From Terricaulis sp. (GTDB lineage Bacteria > Pseudomonadota > Alphaproteobacteria > Caulobacterales > Aquidulcibacteraceae): DNA of 64,000 nt. The translations under genes were made by a program, and so were the position numbers. Shown one piece after another: positions 20,173 through 29,507 of the stretch (its first letter is position 1; each line of letters starts with the position of its first letter). The notes below the pieces were generated by a model that worked only from the letters and a program-made list of their open reading frames with translations, had not been told where the DNA came from and searched no databases. The DNA is taken from positions 4,978 to 68,977 of the forward strand of contig JBEBIU010000001.1 of the NCBI GenBank assembly GCA_040080225.1. Reading direction: 5' to 3'.

Positions 20173-20625
20173 CGCTCCCACTCCCGCAAATCCACCGCCC
20201 ACGGCATTGAAAAGAAACCAATTGTACAAAATCTATCCCACACCTCCGGCGCGGGCTTAAGATAGCTCATCGCCTTCGCATGGAGGGCAGTCGGTACCCT
20301 GTTCAAGCCGATGCGCATGGCGAGGTGGTGAGCGTGAAGCGTCAAAAGCGCAAACCCCGCGCGAGAAAATGAAGCGTGGGAAGTCACCGGGACCGATGCG
20401 AACACATCGGCCCGCACGCCGCCGGGGTACGCGTCGCGGAGTGAAAGACCTCCAGTCCCGCCGCCCGGCGAGCACGACCACGGGGACGCGTTCGATCGCG
20501 TCATGAGCGCCGAACCAACGGCGCAGTTTTTTACGACGCGTGCGAACGCGTCCCCGCCCTCCGCTTGGTGCGCGCTTTTTCCGGCTGCGACGCCAACAAG
20601 GACGGCGCTTGGCAGAAGCGATATT

Positions 20626-21246
20626 CTAAGCGGGCGTTTGCCCAGCGGGCCGCTCCGCAAGCGCCGCGCGCCAGCGCTTCAGGTTGGGCAGATCGTCGCC
20701 CGGGCGCCAGCGCACCATCTTGGCGAAGTCCATGCCGCAGGAGGCGGTGATGTCGGCGATGGTGAAACGGTCGCCGGCGATCCAGGGTTTGTTCGCGAGT
20801 TCGCCGTCCAACCATTTGGCCATGCGCAAAGCTTGCGCCTGATACCAGTTCGCCACGTCGCCGTTCTGGTTCTTCTCAACCGCCGCGAGCATGGGCGAGC
20901 CGTGACGCACCCACATCATCAGCGGCATGGCGAACATGAGTTCCACGCGGCGATCCCACATCTCGATGGAGGCGCGCTCGAAGGCGTCCGCGCCGAGCAG
21001 ATTGGGATCGGGATAAAGCGCCTCCAGATAAAGGCAGATGGCGCGGCTCTCGGTGAGTGTGCGCCCGTCGTCGAGCTCAAGCGTCGGCACTTGCGCGAGC
21101 GGGCTCTTGGCGCGGAAAAGGGGCTCCCGGTGCTCGCCTTTCATCAGATCGACCTGCACGATCTCGATGTCGGCAATTCCCTTCTCGGCGACGAACATCG
21201 CCACGCGACGCGGGTTCGGCGCATAGACGGCGGTGAAGAGCTTCAC
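20626..21246 (-). CDS. glutathione S-transferase family protein
   Basis: VKLFTAVYAPNPRRVAMFVAEKGI...SPLAQVPTLELDDGRTLTESRAICLYLE (GST N-domain). GTG start in a GTGA overlap with the upstream transporter stop. Confidence 0.85.
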   Translation of the reverse strand: MKLFTAVYAPNPRRVAMFVAEKGIADIEIVQVDLMKGEHREPLFRAKSPLAQVPTLELDDGRTLTESRAICLYLEALYPDPNLLGADAFERASIEMWDRRVELMFAMPLMMWVRHGSPMLAAVEKNQNGDVANWYQAQALRMAKWLDGELANKPWIAGDRFTIADITASCGMDFAKMVRWRPGDDLPNLKRWRAALAERPAGQTPA

Positions 21247-22553
21247 GGCCGTGCTCCGAACATCCCCTCCGGTAACGCTGCAACCACAGCGGCGGTCATC
21301 AAAGTCGCCAGAAAACCGGGAATCAACGACTTCCACGCCAGCGAAAATATCTCGTCGCGACGCTGCGGCATCAGCACGGTCATGCCCCCGGTCATGATGC
21401 CCACGGACGCGACATTGGCGAAGCCGCAGATCGCGTACGTCAGGATCATTGTCGATCGCGGACTCAATGCATCGGCTGGAAGATTGCCGAGCTCGATGAA
21501 GGCGATGAACTCTGTGAGGAAGAGCTTTTGGCCCAAAATGCCGCCGGCAACCTGCGCCTCGCTCCAAGGCACGCCGATCATGTACGCAACCGGCGCGAAT
21601 ACGTAGCCGAAAATGCGCTGCAGCGTCAGCGGCGCGCCGGCCACGTCGCCGAAGCCCGCCAGCATGTTGTTCACGATCCATACGAAGGCGACGAACACGA
21701 CCAGGAATGCGGCGACGTTCACCGCGACCATCACGCCGTCCTGCACGCCGCGCGTCACGGCGTCCATGGAACTCTGATATTTCAGATCCTCGCCCGGTTC
21801 GAGATGGGCGCCGCTCTTGTCCTCCGGGACCATGATGCGCGCTAGCAGAATGCCGGCGGGGGCCGAGATAATGGAGGCCATCAACACGTGGCCGGCGACA
21901 TTGTGAAAGGCGGCGTCCGCGCCGCCTGGCGCGCCAGGGTCCAGCAGCGTGACGTAAGCGACCATAGTCGAGCCCGCGACGGTTGCGAGCCCCACCACCA
22001 TCATCAAAAACAACTCAGAGCGCGTCAGCCGCTCCAGGTAAGCGCGAATAACGATCGGGCTCTCGACCATGCCCATGAATATGTTGGCGGCGACCGCAAG
22101 TGCGGAGGGCCCGGTCAAACCCATAGTGCGCTGGAACAGCAGGCCAAAGCCCTGCGTGATCCATTTCAGGATCTTCCAATGCCACAACAGCGCCGACAAA
22201 GCGGAAATTACCAGGATGAGGGGCAACACCCGAAAGCCAAACAAGAACGGCAAAGGCGCCTCCGCTCGCGCCGGCGCATAGGGCTGATCGCCTCCGCCGA
22301 GGAAGCCGAACACAAATTGCGTCCCCCGGTCGGTGGCGTCCGCCAAGCCTCCGATCACGCCACCTACCGCATCGAGCGCAATCCGAGAATTAGGCAGCGC
22401 AAACAGCGCCAACACCAGGCTCGCCTGCACCGAGAGCGCGCCGAGCGTGAGCAGAAACGGAAAGCGTCGCTTGTTCTCGGAGAGCAGCCAGCACAACAGC
22501 AAAATCGCCGCCAGGGCGCCAAGACTGCGCGCATTATCGAGGGTGTAGGTCAC
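21243..22553 (-). CDS. NupC/NupG (CNT) family nucleoside transporter
   Basis: 436-aa polytopic protein with GTQFVFGFLGG and ...CGFANVASVGI... motifs, as in NupC. Confidence 0.85.
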   Translation of the reverse strand: MTYTLDNARSLGALAAILLLCWLLSENKRRFPFLLTLGALSVQASLVLALFALPNSRIALDAVGGVIGGLADATDRGTQFVFGFLGGGDQPYAPARAEAPLPFLFGFRVLPLILVISALSALLWHWKILKWITQGFGLLFQRTMGLTGPSALAVAANIFMGMVESPIVIRAYLERLTRSELFLMMVVGLATVAGSTMVAYVTLLDPGAPGGADAAFHNVAGHVLMASIISAPAGILLARIMVPEDKSGAHLEPGEDLKYQSSMDAVTRGVQDGVMVAVNVAAFLVVFVAFVWIVNNMLAGFGDVAGAPLTLQRIFGYVFAPVAYMIGVPWSEAQVAGGILGQKLFLTEFIAFIELGNLPADALSPRSTMILTYAICGFANVASVGIMTGGMTVLMPQRRDEIFSLAWKSLIPGFLATLMTAAVVAALPEGMFGARP

Positions 22554-22734
22554 GAAATTCCCCTACGCGGCGCCGCTCGCGCCTCCATTGTTACCGCCTT
22601 GATAGAGAATTCGAGGTCCGCGCCAAGCGCCCATGCGCACAAATCTTGGAATGAATTCAGCCACTCACCCTCCGCGCATGGGCGGCGCCCGGTTTTGGGT
22701 ATGCGCGCGCCGGCGCGATCGGGTATGGGACGCC

Positions 22735-24687
22735 ATGGAATTCCTCATTTTATTTGGCGCTCAACTCGCAGCGCTGGCTGCCGGCTTCGTTTTCCTGGTC
22801 CGAAAAATGGACCGGCTCCAGCAAGAGGTGGCGCAACTGCGCCATGCGCTGGAGGGTCGCCGTGCGGCCAGGCCCAAGCTGGTGGCCACCAATGCAAACG
22901 CAGGGCATGTAAGCGTCGATGCACCGCGCGCTCGAGTGGCGCAGGTTTGGCGGACCCCAGAAGCGCCGCGGTCGATACGCATCGGCGCCAAGGCGCTCTG
23001 GGCTTTGACCGCCGCGCTCGGGGGTGCGCCGGGTTGCGCGATATTCTTCGGCGCCGAACCCGCCATCGCTGTGATCTGCGGGATCGCGGTGGGTGCGTTG
23101 GCGTTGCTGGCCGCACTGCGGCCGGCGTTCCGCATCCTTGCCTGGGGCGGGGCGGTTTGCAGCGCCACTTGGGCGCTTGCGGGCATGCTGACCGGCGCAG
23201 CCCAAGCCGACCCGGTGATTTTCTCGACCGTCGCTGCCGCGGCCGGATTTGCGGGTCTCGTCTTTGCGGTTTTTGACCGCCCAGGGCCCGGCGCGGCGAT
23301 GATGCTCGCCATGGGCGCGCCGTGTCTCGTGCTCGCCGCGCAACTCGGCATGATCGGCGCTCCTGGCGGCGCATTCGGCGCTCTTGTCGTCGGCGCTGCA
23401 ATCTCAGGCGCATCGCGCTTACGCCTGGAGGTGTTGCACATCGGCGCATTCGTCGCGGCGTTAGGCGGACTCTATGTGCTCAGCGGCCAAGCCGCCGCCG
23501 CCCTTTGGTTCACCCCGATTGCGACCTGGGCTGGCGCGTTGTTCCTCGCCGTCGCGGTCGTGCGCGCGCCGCAGCTTGGACCGCGCGGGATAACCATCGC
23601 CGGCACTGGAGCGCTCGCGCCGCTTGCCTCTATCGCCGTTCTCCACGGCGTCGGCCAGGGACTCTCCGACCCAGCCGCGGCGAGCGGCGCGCTGTTTTCG
23701 CTTGCGGTTATTCTCGCTGGAATCGCCTGGCTCGCGGCGGAACGGCGCGAAGGCAATTTCGCCAGTTTGAAGCTCGCCGCCTGGGTGCTGTCGGCGGGGA
23801 TAGGCTCAGCGCTGTTCGCCGCGATCTGGGTAATCGCGAGCCCAACGCCGGCGGTGATGCTGCTCATGTTCGCTAGCGCTGCGATGGCGATCCTCAATAC
23901 GCGTTTTCCGAGCGCGCATTGGCGCGTCGGCGCGGTCTTGTTCGGGCTGGCCGCCTGCGCCTACGCTTGGATATGCGGGGCTGGCGTTCTTGGCGAAGGC
24001 CTGCCGGGCTGGCCAACACTCGCCACCGCGCTGGCGCTGCCCGCTACGCTCGCTCTTGGCGCCTCACAGGCGTTCGGGCGCAATCACCCAGTCAGCGGCG
24101 CGATAATGGATCTACTTGGGTCGGCCTTGGGGCTGGCGGCCCTGCACATCGGCGCGCGCCTCGTCCTCTCCGGAGGTGCGCCGATGTCGTACGAATTCGG
24201 CATCGAGGAACTCAGCGCACAGACCTGCATCTGGCTTGCCGCTGCTTTGGTATTGGGCGCCACGGACCGCAATGTCGTTCGCACCGCCCTTTCCCGCTTG
24301 TTCGCGGCGCTTGGGCTCGGCGCCGCCGTTTGCTTGGGCGGGGCGTGGCTTATCGCCTATCTCGATGCGCCAACGGAGACGCTCGGGCGCTTCAACGCAT
24401 TGATCTTCGCCGCCCCCGCTGTCCTGCTCGGGGCGCATTGGCTGATCTGGCGTCGCAAGCACTCGCCCTTGCTGGCGCGAGCGAGCCTCGGCGCGGGCGC
24501 GGTTCTGGCTGCCGCCGGGTTCAGCGCCGAGGTGCTGAGGGCCCGCGTAGGTGCGAGCCTCGATGATTGGGTCGGCGTTGCGGGCGCGGCCACGGCGTTT
24601 TCACTTGCGCTCGCGGTTAATTTCGCGCCTGGCGCCGGCGGCGTACGCCGTCCCCGTTGGGTGCGGGCGCAACGCCGAGCCGTCTGA
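22735..24687 (+). CDS. large polytopic membrane protein, DUF2339-like
   Basis: MEFLILFGAQLAALAAGFVFLVRKMDRLQQEVAQLRHALE (TM plus coiled coil), followed by many Ala/Leu/Gly-rich helices. ATG 22735 lies inside ORF 22633..24687. Confidence 0.7.
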   Translation: MEFLILFGAQLAALAAGFVFLVRKMDRLQQEVAQLRHALEGRRAARPKLVATNANAGHVSVDAPRARVAQVWRTPEAPRSIRIGAKALWALTAALGGAPGCAIFFGAEPAIAVICGIAVGALALLAALRPAFRILAWGGAVCSATWALAGMLTGAAQADPVIFSTVAAAAGFAGLVFAVFDRPGPGAAMMLAMGAPCLVLAAQLGMIGAPGGAFGALVVGAAISGASRLRLEVLHIGAFVAALGGLYVLSGQAAAALWFTPIATWAGALFLAVAVVRAPQLGPRGITIAGTGALAPLASIAVLHGVGQGLSDPAAASGALFSLAVILAGIAWLAAERREGNFASLKLAAWVLSAGIGSALFAAIWVIASPTPAVMLLMFASAAMAILNTRFPSAHWRVGAVLFGLAACAYAWICGAGVLGEGLPGWPTLATALALPATLALGASQAFGRNHPVSGAIMDLLGSALGLAALHIGARLVLSGGAPMSYEFGIEELSAQTCIWLAAALVLGATDRNVVRTALSRLFAALGLGAAVCLGGAWLIAYLDAPTETLGRFNALIFAAPAVLLGAHWLIWRRKHSPLLARASLGAGAVLAAAGFSAEVLRARVGASLDDWVGVAGAATAFSLALAVNFAPGAGGVRRPRWVRAQRRAV

Positions 24688-24693
24688 AAGTGC

Positions 24694-25143
24694 TCAGCTG
24701 CCCCAACACGCGTAGGCGACTTCGCGCATCTTGGCGGGACCGCCGCTGCTGAACGTGCGGGTCTGGTTGTTGACGGTCACCGAGAGTTGGTCGTTCGGCT
24801 GCACTGCCGCCAGGATCGGGGGCCGTTGCGGCAAGTTGATTGCCAGTCCGCGATTGCGTCCGCGGCCCTCCAGCCGGCTCGGCACCGTTACGCTCAGGGC
24901 GCCGATCCGCACCGAGGACGTCGTCGCCCGCCGCGCAGCCCGCACCAGCGTGAAATCCGTCAGCACGATATCGCCAGTTGGGGGACGGCACGTCAACGTC
25001 GCAACCACCCGGCCGCGATCATCGCGCTCCGTGGCAGTCGCGACGCCGTCGAGATAAGCGTAGGACCAGCCTGTTTGCGCTTGCGCCAGACTCGGCGTGG
25101 AAAGCGCCAAGGCGCAAGCACAAACGGCCAAAAGCTTCCGCAT
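24694..25143 (-). CDS. secreted hypothetical protein
   Basis: MRKLLAVCACALALSTPSLAQAQ signal peptide. No recognisable family. Confidence 0.6.
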   Translation of the reverse strand: MRKLLAVCACALALSTPSLAQAQTGWSYAYLDGVATATERDDRGRVVATLTCRPPTGDIVLTDFTLVRAARRATTSSVRIGALSVTVPSRLEGRGRNRGLAINLPQRPPILAAVQPNDQLSVTVNNQTRTFSSGGPAKMREVAYACWGS

Positions 25144-25236
25144 CGCGTCGTCTCCCGATTTCCTCAAAGGCGCGCGCTCTTAGCACGCCCAAGCAGCGGT
25201 TTGCGACGGCCAATTGCTGTGGAAGCTCGGTAATGA

Positions 25237-25716
25237 TCAGCAGCCGAGACTGAGCGCGCCCTGTTCCAGATCGAGCAAATATTGCTTGCGTGGCACGCCG
25301 CCGCCGAAGCCGGTTAAGCTGCCGTCCGAGCCGATAACCCGATGGCAAGGCACGATGATCGCAATCGGGTTCTTGCCATTGGCGAGGCCGACAGCGCGGA
25401 ATGCCTTCGGCGAACCGATTGCGGCCGCCTGCTGGCCGTACGTGCGGGTGATCCCGTAGGGTATTTTGGCGAGCGCCGCCCAGGCTCGCTGCTGGAACGG
25501 CGTGCCGTGAGGCGCCGTCGCTATGGTGAAGACCTTCAACTTGCCAGCGAAATAAAGGTCGAGTTCCCGCCTCGTCTGCGTCAACACACGGTCCTCGCCT
25601 TGCGGGCTCTCAGCCAGCTTGTATTTCGGACTGTCGAACTCGAGCCCGGTGAGCGCGGCGCCATCCGAATGCAACGTCAGCGGCCCGACCGGACTATCGT
25701 GTTTGCAGGAGATCAT
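25237..25716 (-). CDS. ogt: methylated-DNA--protein-cysteine methyltransferase
   Basis: Active-site PCHRVIGSDGSLTGFGGG. ATGA overlap with the upstream ada/alkA-type gene. Confidence 0.9.
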   Translation of the reverse strand: MISCKHDSPVGPLTLHSDGAALTGLEFDSPKYKLAESPQGEDRVLTQTRRELDLYFAGKLKVFTIATAPHGTPFQQRAWAALAKIPYGITRTYGQQAAAIGSPKAFRAVGLANGKNPIAIIVPCHRVIGSDGSLTGFGGGVPRKQYLLDLEQGALSLGC

Positions 25717-27140
25717 TTTCGCACCCCTTTGCTTGCGCCGCGCCGCCAAAGCCTAATGGCTGCGTAGGCGCGCCACGGCCTCAGATGTTCCAGCGTCTCG
25801 CCCTTGCGGCCGAGCGCGTTGATCAAAGCAATGTCGGTGGCCGGATAGGCGTCGGGATCGCCGAGCGCGCGCATGGCGACATACTCGATCGTCCACGGGC
25901 CGATGCCCGAAATCTCTGCAAGTGCGGCGCGGCCGGCGGCAAGCGCCCCACGCGCCAGCGGGAGCTTTCCCTGCGCAGAAGCGCACGCTATCGCGTGCAG
26001 CGTCTCCGCGCGTTTCCGCGGCAATCCAATGCCAGCAATCGAAGCCGCGCCTGCATTCGCTAAGGCGTCGGCGGCGGGGAACGCACATGTTAGATTTTCG
26101 GGGCCACGCTCGATCCTGGCGCCGAATTTCGCGACCAGTCGCTCCGTCAGTGTGCGTGCGCCCGCAACCGTAACCTGCTGGCCAAGCACGGCGCGGATCG
26201 TGCACTCGAAGCCGTCCAGCATACCCGGCACGCGGACGCCGGGCTCGCGCCTAACGTCTTTCTTCAGTTCAGGATCGGCCGACAGCACCGCGTCAACCGC
26301 TGTCATTTCGGCGTCCAGGTCAAATGCGCCGCGCACGTTTGCGACCAGCGGCCGCAGCTGCGGGGCGAGATTCTCCGAGAGCGTGAGCTGCAGGCCCTTC
26401 TCGGCTATGCCGATCTCGATCCAGCCCAACGCATCGCCCAATTTCAACACGCGAGCATAGGTTCGGCGATCGCATCGTTCGACGCCCGCAAGCGCGCGCA
26501 TGCGATAGAAATCCAGCATCGGCGTGAAATTATAGTCGCCCCGAGGCGACAGGCTCACTGTGAAGGTCTCGCCGCGAGCGATCGTCTTACGGCCGCGCAT
26601 TTTGGTGGGCGGCGCGCCGTAACGTTCCTTCATGGTCGCGTTGAAGCGGCGCAGCGAGCGAAACCCGGATGCAAACGCAATCTCGGTGACGCTCAATCCG
26701 GTCTCGTTCAGCAGCCGCCTTGCCGATAAGAGCCGCCCGGTCTGGGCGATCTGGATCGGACTGGCGCCGAATTCGGCATTCATCACCCGACGCAGATGGC
26801 GTGACGTGACGCCGAGGTCGCCGGCTAGCGCTTCGAGGCCGAACTCTTCCAGCGCGCCTGCTTCAATCCGTGCGTAGGCGGCGCCAGCGAGCCGCGCGGG
26901 TGCGTCGATCGGCGCCAAGCCAGGCGCCCGCTCGGGTCGGCACAGCAAGCACGGGCGAAAGCCCGCCGCTTCCGCCGCAGCCGCCGACGGCCAGAACGTC
27001 CGGTTACTGCGTTTGACCAGACGCGCCGGGCAAATGCAGCGGCAATAAATGCCTGTGGACGTTACGCCGATATAGAAGCGCCCATCGAAGCGCCGGTCCT
27101 TGGCGTCGCACGCAGCGTGACAGATATCGGTATCGAGCAT
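25713..27140 (-). CDS. Ada-type Zn-finger/AraC regulator fused to AlkA-type DNA-3-methyladenine glycosylase II
   Basis: N-terminal Cys cluster ...CHAACDAKDRRFDGRFYIGVTSTGIYCRCICPAR...CLLCRPE, AraC HTH (SVTEIAFASGFRSLRRFN), and a C-terminal HhH glycosylase (GIGPWTIEYVAMRALGDPDAYP). Confidence 0.88.
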   Translation of the reverse strand: MLDTDICHAACDAKDRRFDGRFYIGVTSTGIYCRCICPARLVKRSNRTFWPSAAAAEAAGFRPCLLCRPERAPGLAPIDAPARLAGAAYARIEAGALEEFGLEALAGDLGVTSRHLRRVMNAEFGASPIQIAQTGRLLSARRLLNETGLSVTEIAFASGFRSLRRFNATMKERYGAPPTKMRGRKTIARGETFTVSLSPRGDYNFTPMLDFYRMRALAGVERCDRRTYARVLKLGDALGWIEIGIAEKGLQLTLSENLAPQLRPLVANVRGAFDLDAEMTAVDAVLSADPELKKDVRREPGVRVPGMLDGFECTIRAVLGQQVTVAGARTLTERLVAKFGARIERGPENLTCAFPAADALANAGAASIAGIGLPRKRAETLHAIACASAQGKLPLARGALAAGRAALAEISGIGPWTIEYVAMRALGDPDAYPATDIALINALGRKGETLEHLRPWRAYAAIRLWRRGASKGVRK

Positions 27141-27270
27141 GGGCCTAAACTAACCTCGTTATCGACTTGCGTCTCGCTGGATTCGGACCTGTATGCGCGG
27201 GCGCTAATACTCGTGCAAGCTAGGTTCCGCTACAGGCGGAACCTCGTTACAAAAGGCACGCCGCTGAGGG

Positions 27271-28284
27271 ATGACGCCGACCGTTGCCAGTTTGAACCCA
27301 CACCTGTTCTCCGTTGCGCCCATGATGGATTGGACCGACCGGCATTGCCGGGCGTTTCATCGCCAACTAACGCGGCGCGCGCTGTTGTACACCGAAATGC
27401 TCACCGCGGACGCCGTGATCCACGGCGCGCGCGAGCGGTTGCTGGGTTTCGATCCGGGGGAGCATCCGGTTGCGCTGCAACTGGGCGGCGGCGACCCGCG
27501 GAAAATGCGCGAAGCCGCTCGGATTGGCGCCGAGCGCGACTTCGACGAAATCAACCTCAATATCGGCTGCCCTTCAGACCGCGTGCAATCGGGCCGCTTC
27601 GGCGCCTGCCTGATGCGTGAGCCTGAATTGGTCGCCGCGTTATGGAGCGCCGCTCAAGACGGCGCGCCAAGCATCCCAGCGACCATAAAATGCCGGATCG
27701 GCGTCGATGACCAACCGCCCCGCGAGGCGCTGTTCGCACTGGTGGATGCGTGTGCGGATGCTGGCTGTGCAACCTTCATCGTGCATGCGCGCAAAGCGTG
27801 GCTCTCGGGTCTTTCGCCCAAGGAAAATCGCGACGTACCGCCGCTAGACTACGAACTGGTGCGCGAGTTGAAGCGGGCGCGGCCTGACTTGAAGATCGTC
27901 CTGAACGGCGGCCTGCGCGACATAGAGCACGGACTGTCCGAACAAGGAGAACTCGACGGGATCATGCTCGGGCGCGCCGCCTACCAGAACCCCGCTCTTC
28001 TGCTTGACGTCGACCCACGCATTTTCAATACGCCCGCGCCATCGGCCGATCGCGTGGCGGCAGTCGAAAGGCACATGAGCACGATCTCTCGCTCGCTCGC
28101 GCAAGGAACGCCGCTTCACGCCATGACCCGCCACATGCTCGGCCTGTTCAACGGCGTCCCCGGGGGGCGCGCGTGGCGGCGGACTTTGTCGGAGGGTGCG
28201 GTCAAGTGCGGCGCGGGCGTTGAGGTAGTGCGCGCAGCCCTGGCGCAGGTGGCGCGCTTGGAGCTAGCGCCGGCGCGTGCTTAA
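27271..28284 (+). CDS. dusA: tRNA dihydrouridine(20/20a) synthase
   Basis: FSVAPMMDWTDRHCRAFHR..., INLNIGCPSDRV, FIVHARKAWL motifs. Confidence 0.93.
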   Translation: MTPTVASLNPHLFSVAPMMDWTDRHCRAFHRQLTRRALLYTEMLTADAVIHGARERLLGFDPGEHPVALQLGGGDPRKMREAARIGAERDFDEINLNIGCPSDRVQSGRFGACLMREPELVAALWSAAQDGAPSIPATIKCRIGVDDQPPREALFALVDACADAGCATFIVHARKAWLSGLSPKENRDVPPLDYELVRELKRARPDLKIVLNGGLRDIEHGLSEQGELDGIMLGRAAYQNPALLLDVDPRIFNTPAPSADRVAAVERHMSTISRSLAQGTPLHAMTRHMLGLFNGVPGGRAWRRTLSEGAVKCGAGVEVVRAALAQVARLELAPARA

Positions 28285-28307
28285 ACGGCGCGCGCAGGGG
28301 TCCGAGC

Positions 28308-29507
28308 ATGCATCTCTTTATCAGCCACGCGACCAAGGATGCGGCGCGGGAAGCGCTCGCATTGGCACAGGCGCTGGAGGCGCTCGGCAATCGTTGCTGG
28401 ATCGCGCCGCGTGACGTGCGCCCCGGCATTCCCTATCCGCGCCAGATCGTCGATGCGGTTGAGAAGGCGCAAGGCTTGGTGCTGCTGGTCAGTCGCGCGG
28501 CCAATGACAGTGCCGATGTGCTGCAGGAAGTGCAACTGGCGGCGGCGAAGAAACTCACCATAGCTCCGGTGGTGCTGGCGGGAACCGAGCCGGGGCCGGA
28601 TCTGCGCTATTATGTCAGCGTCCGCCACCAGATTGCGTGGACCGGCGCGAGCGCGGCGGCGCGGGCGCTGGGGGCGACGTTTGAGTCAAAGCTGGACCCG
28701 CTGGGAGTGGCGCCGCAAGCGCGGTCGCCGCGGTCGCCGCCGGCGTCGCCTGGATCAAACACGCTGCTGCGCTGGGTGTTTCCTGCCGCAGCCGCCGCAG
28801 TGTTGTTGATCGGCGTGCTGGTCTGGTCGCCGTGGCGCAACGGCCCGCTCTCAGCCCAAGTGGCAGAGATGGTAAGCGAACGCGAACTGGAGGGGGCGTT
28901 GACCCGACCAAGCCCGCCGCCAGTCAGTGCAACACCTCCCGCGCGAACATCAGCGGCGCCTCCGCCGCAAACCGACGCCCCGTCCCTTCTGGAAATTCGT
29001 CGCGAACTGGCTTCGCTGGGTTACGAATGGGGGCCAGAAGGCGTGCTCAAGATTTTCACGGCTCGGGACACGCTCGCTCTGTCCTTGTTGCGGCAAGGGC
29101 GTGCGCCCGTGAGTCCGTTCTGGGTCTGGCGGATGATCGAGGAGGGCGCGCCAGAAGAGTTCCTGAGCGAACTGGACGCCTACATTGACGCAGGTGCGGT
29201 TGACTGCCCCCGCCAACCGCTCGCGGGGATGATGGAGTATGTCAGGAGTTTCACTCCCGTTCCGGGCCACGAGCGGGAGGGGGCAAATTGTTGCACGGCG
29301 GGTCATCGCGAATTTTCGAGAATGCTGGGAAATCAAGAGGCCTGGTCGCGGGCAAAAAGATTGTGCGGCGTTCCCCATTTCCGCGAGTCATCGCGACTAG
29401 CGGCCGAGCGGCTGACCGCGCGTCTGCCGCAAATGTCCGAAGGGGAGCAGGATTCCGCAGAGGGCCTTCTGCCTCATTTGCGTAGTTGGGCGGTGGAACT
29501 TGAATAA
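28308..29507 (+). CDS. TIR-domain protein with a single TM helix and a periplasmic C-terminal domain
   Basis: MHLFISHATKD...CWIAPRDVRPG...LVLLVSRAANDSADVLQEVQLA follows the bacterial TIR_2 pattern, including the Glu position. Hydrophobic helix LLRWVFPAAAAAVLLIGVLVW at ~aa 153-175, then Pro-rich linkers and a ~170-aa domain. Confidence 0.8.
   Translation: MHLFISHATKDAAREALALAQALEALGNRCWIAPRDVRPGIPYPRQIVDAVEKAQGLVLLVSRAANDSADVLQEVQLAAAKKLTIAPVVLAGTEPGPDLRYYVSVRHQIAWTGASAAARALGATFESKLDPLGVAPQARSPRSPPASPGSNTLLRWVFPAAAAAVLLIGVLVWSPWRNGPLSAQVAEMVSERELEGALTRPSPPPVSATPPARTSAAPPPQTDAPSLLEIRRELASLGYEWGPEGVLKIFTARDTLALSLLRQGRAPVSPFWVWRMIEEGAPEEFLSELDAYIDAGAVDCPRQPLAGMMEYVRSFTPVPGHEREGANCCTAGHREFSRMLGNQEAWSRAKRLCGVPHFRESSRLAAERLTARLPQMSEGEQDSAEGLLPHLRSWAVELE

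Noticed and set aside
20330-20470. Riboswitch-like strings (GGGAAGUCACCGGGACC...CGCCGCCGGGGUA), vaguely reminiscent of ZTP (pfl) or cobalamin elements next to a purine gene
   Set aside because: The core signatures I remember (ZTP CCGCCUGGGC pseudoknot partner, B12 box) are not actually present. There is no downstream gene on either strand for such a leader to control. It needs an Infernal scan to settle, and is reported only as part of the unexplained spacer.
20503-21606. 367-aa plus-strand ORF
   Set aside because: It is antisense to the well-supported GST and nucleoside transporter genes. It has Arg/Ala/Gly-rich composition, typical of shadow ORFs in high-GC DNA.
21888-23276. 462-aa plus-strand ORF plus a stack of minus-strand ORFs at 22745-23449
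   Set aside because: These are shadow frames over the NupC-like and DUF2339 genes, with extreme Arg/Pro/Gly content and no motifs.
28721-28750. Short direct DNA repeat cgcggtcgccg x2 (possible tandem repeat or contingency locus)
   Set aside because: There are only two units. It encodes the Pro/Ser-rich linker (RSPRSPPASP) of the TIR protein and is in frame and unremarkable.
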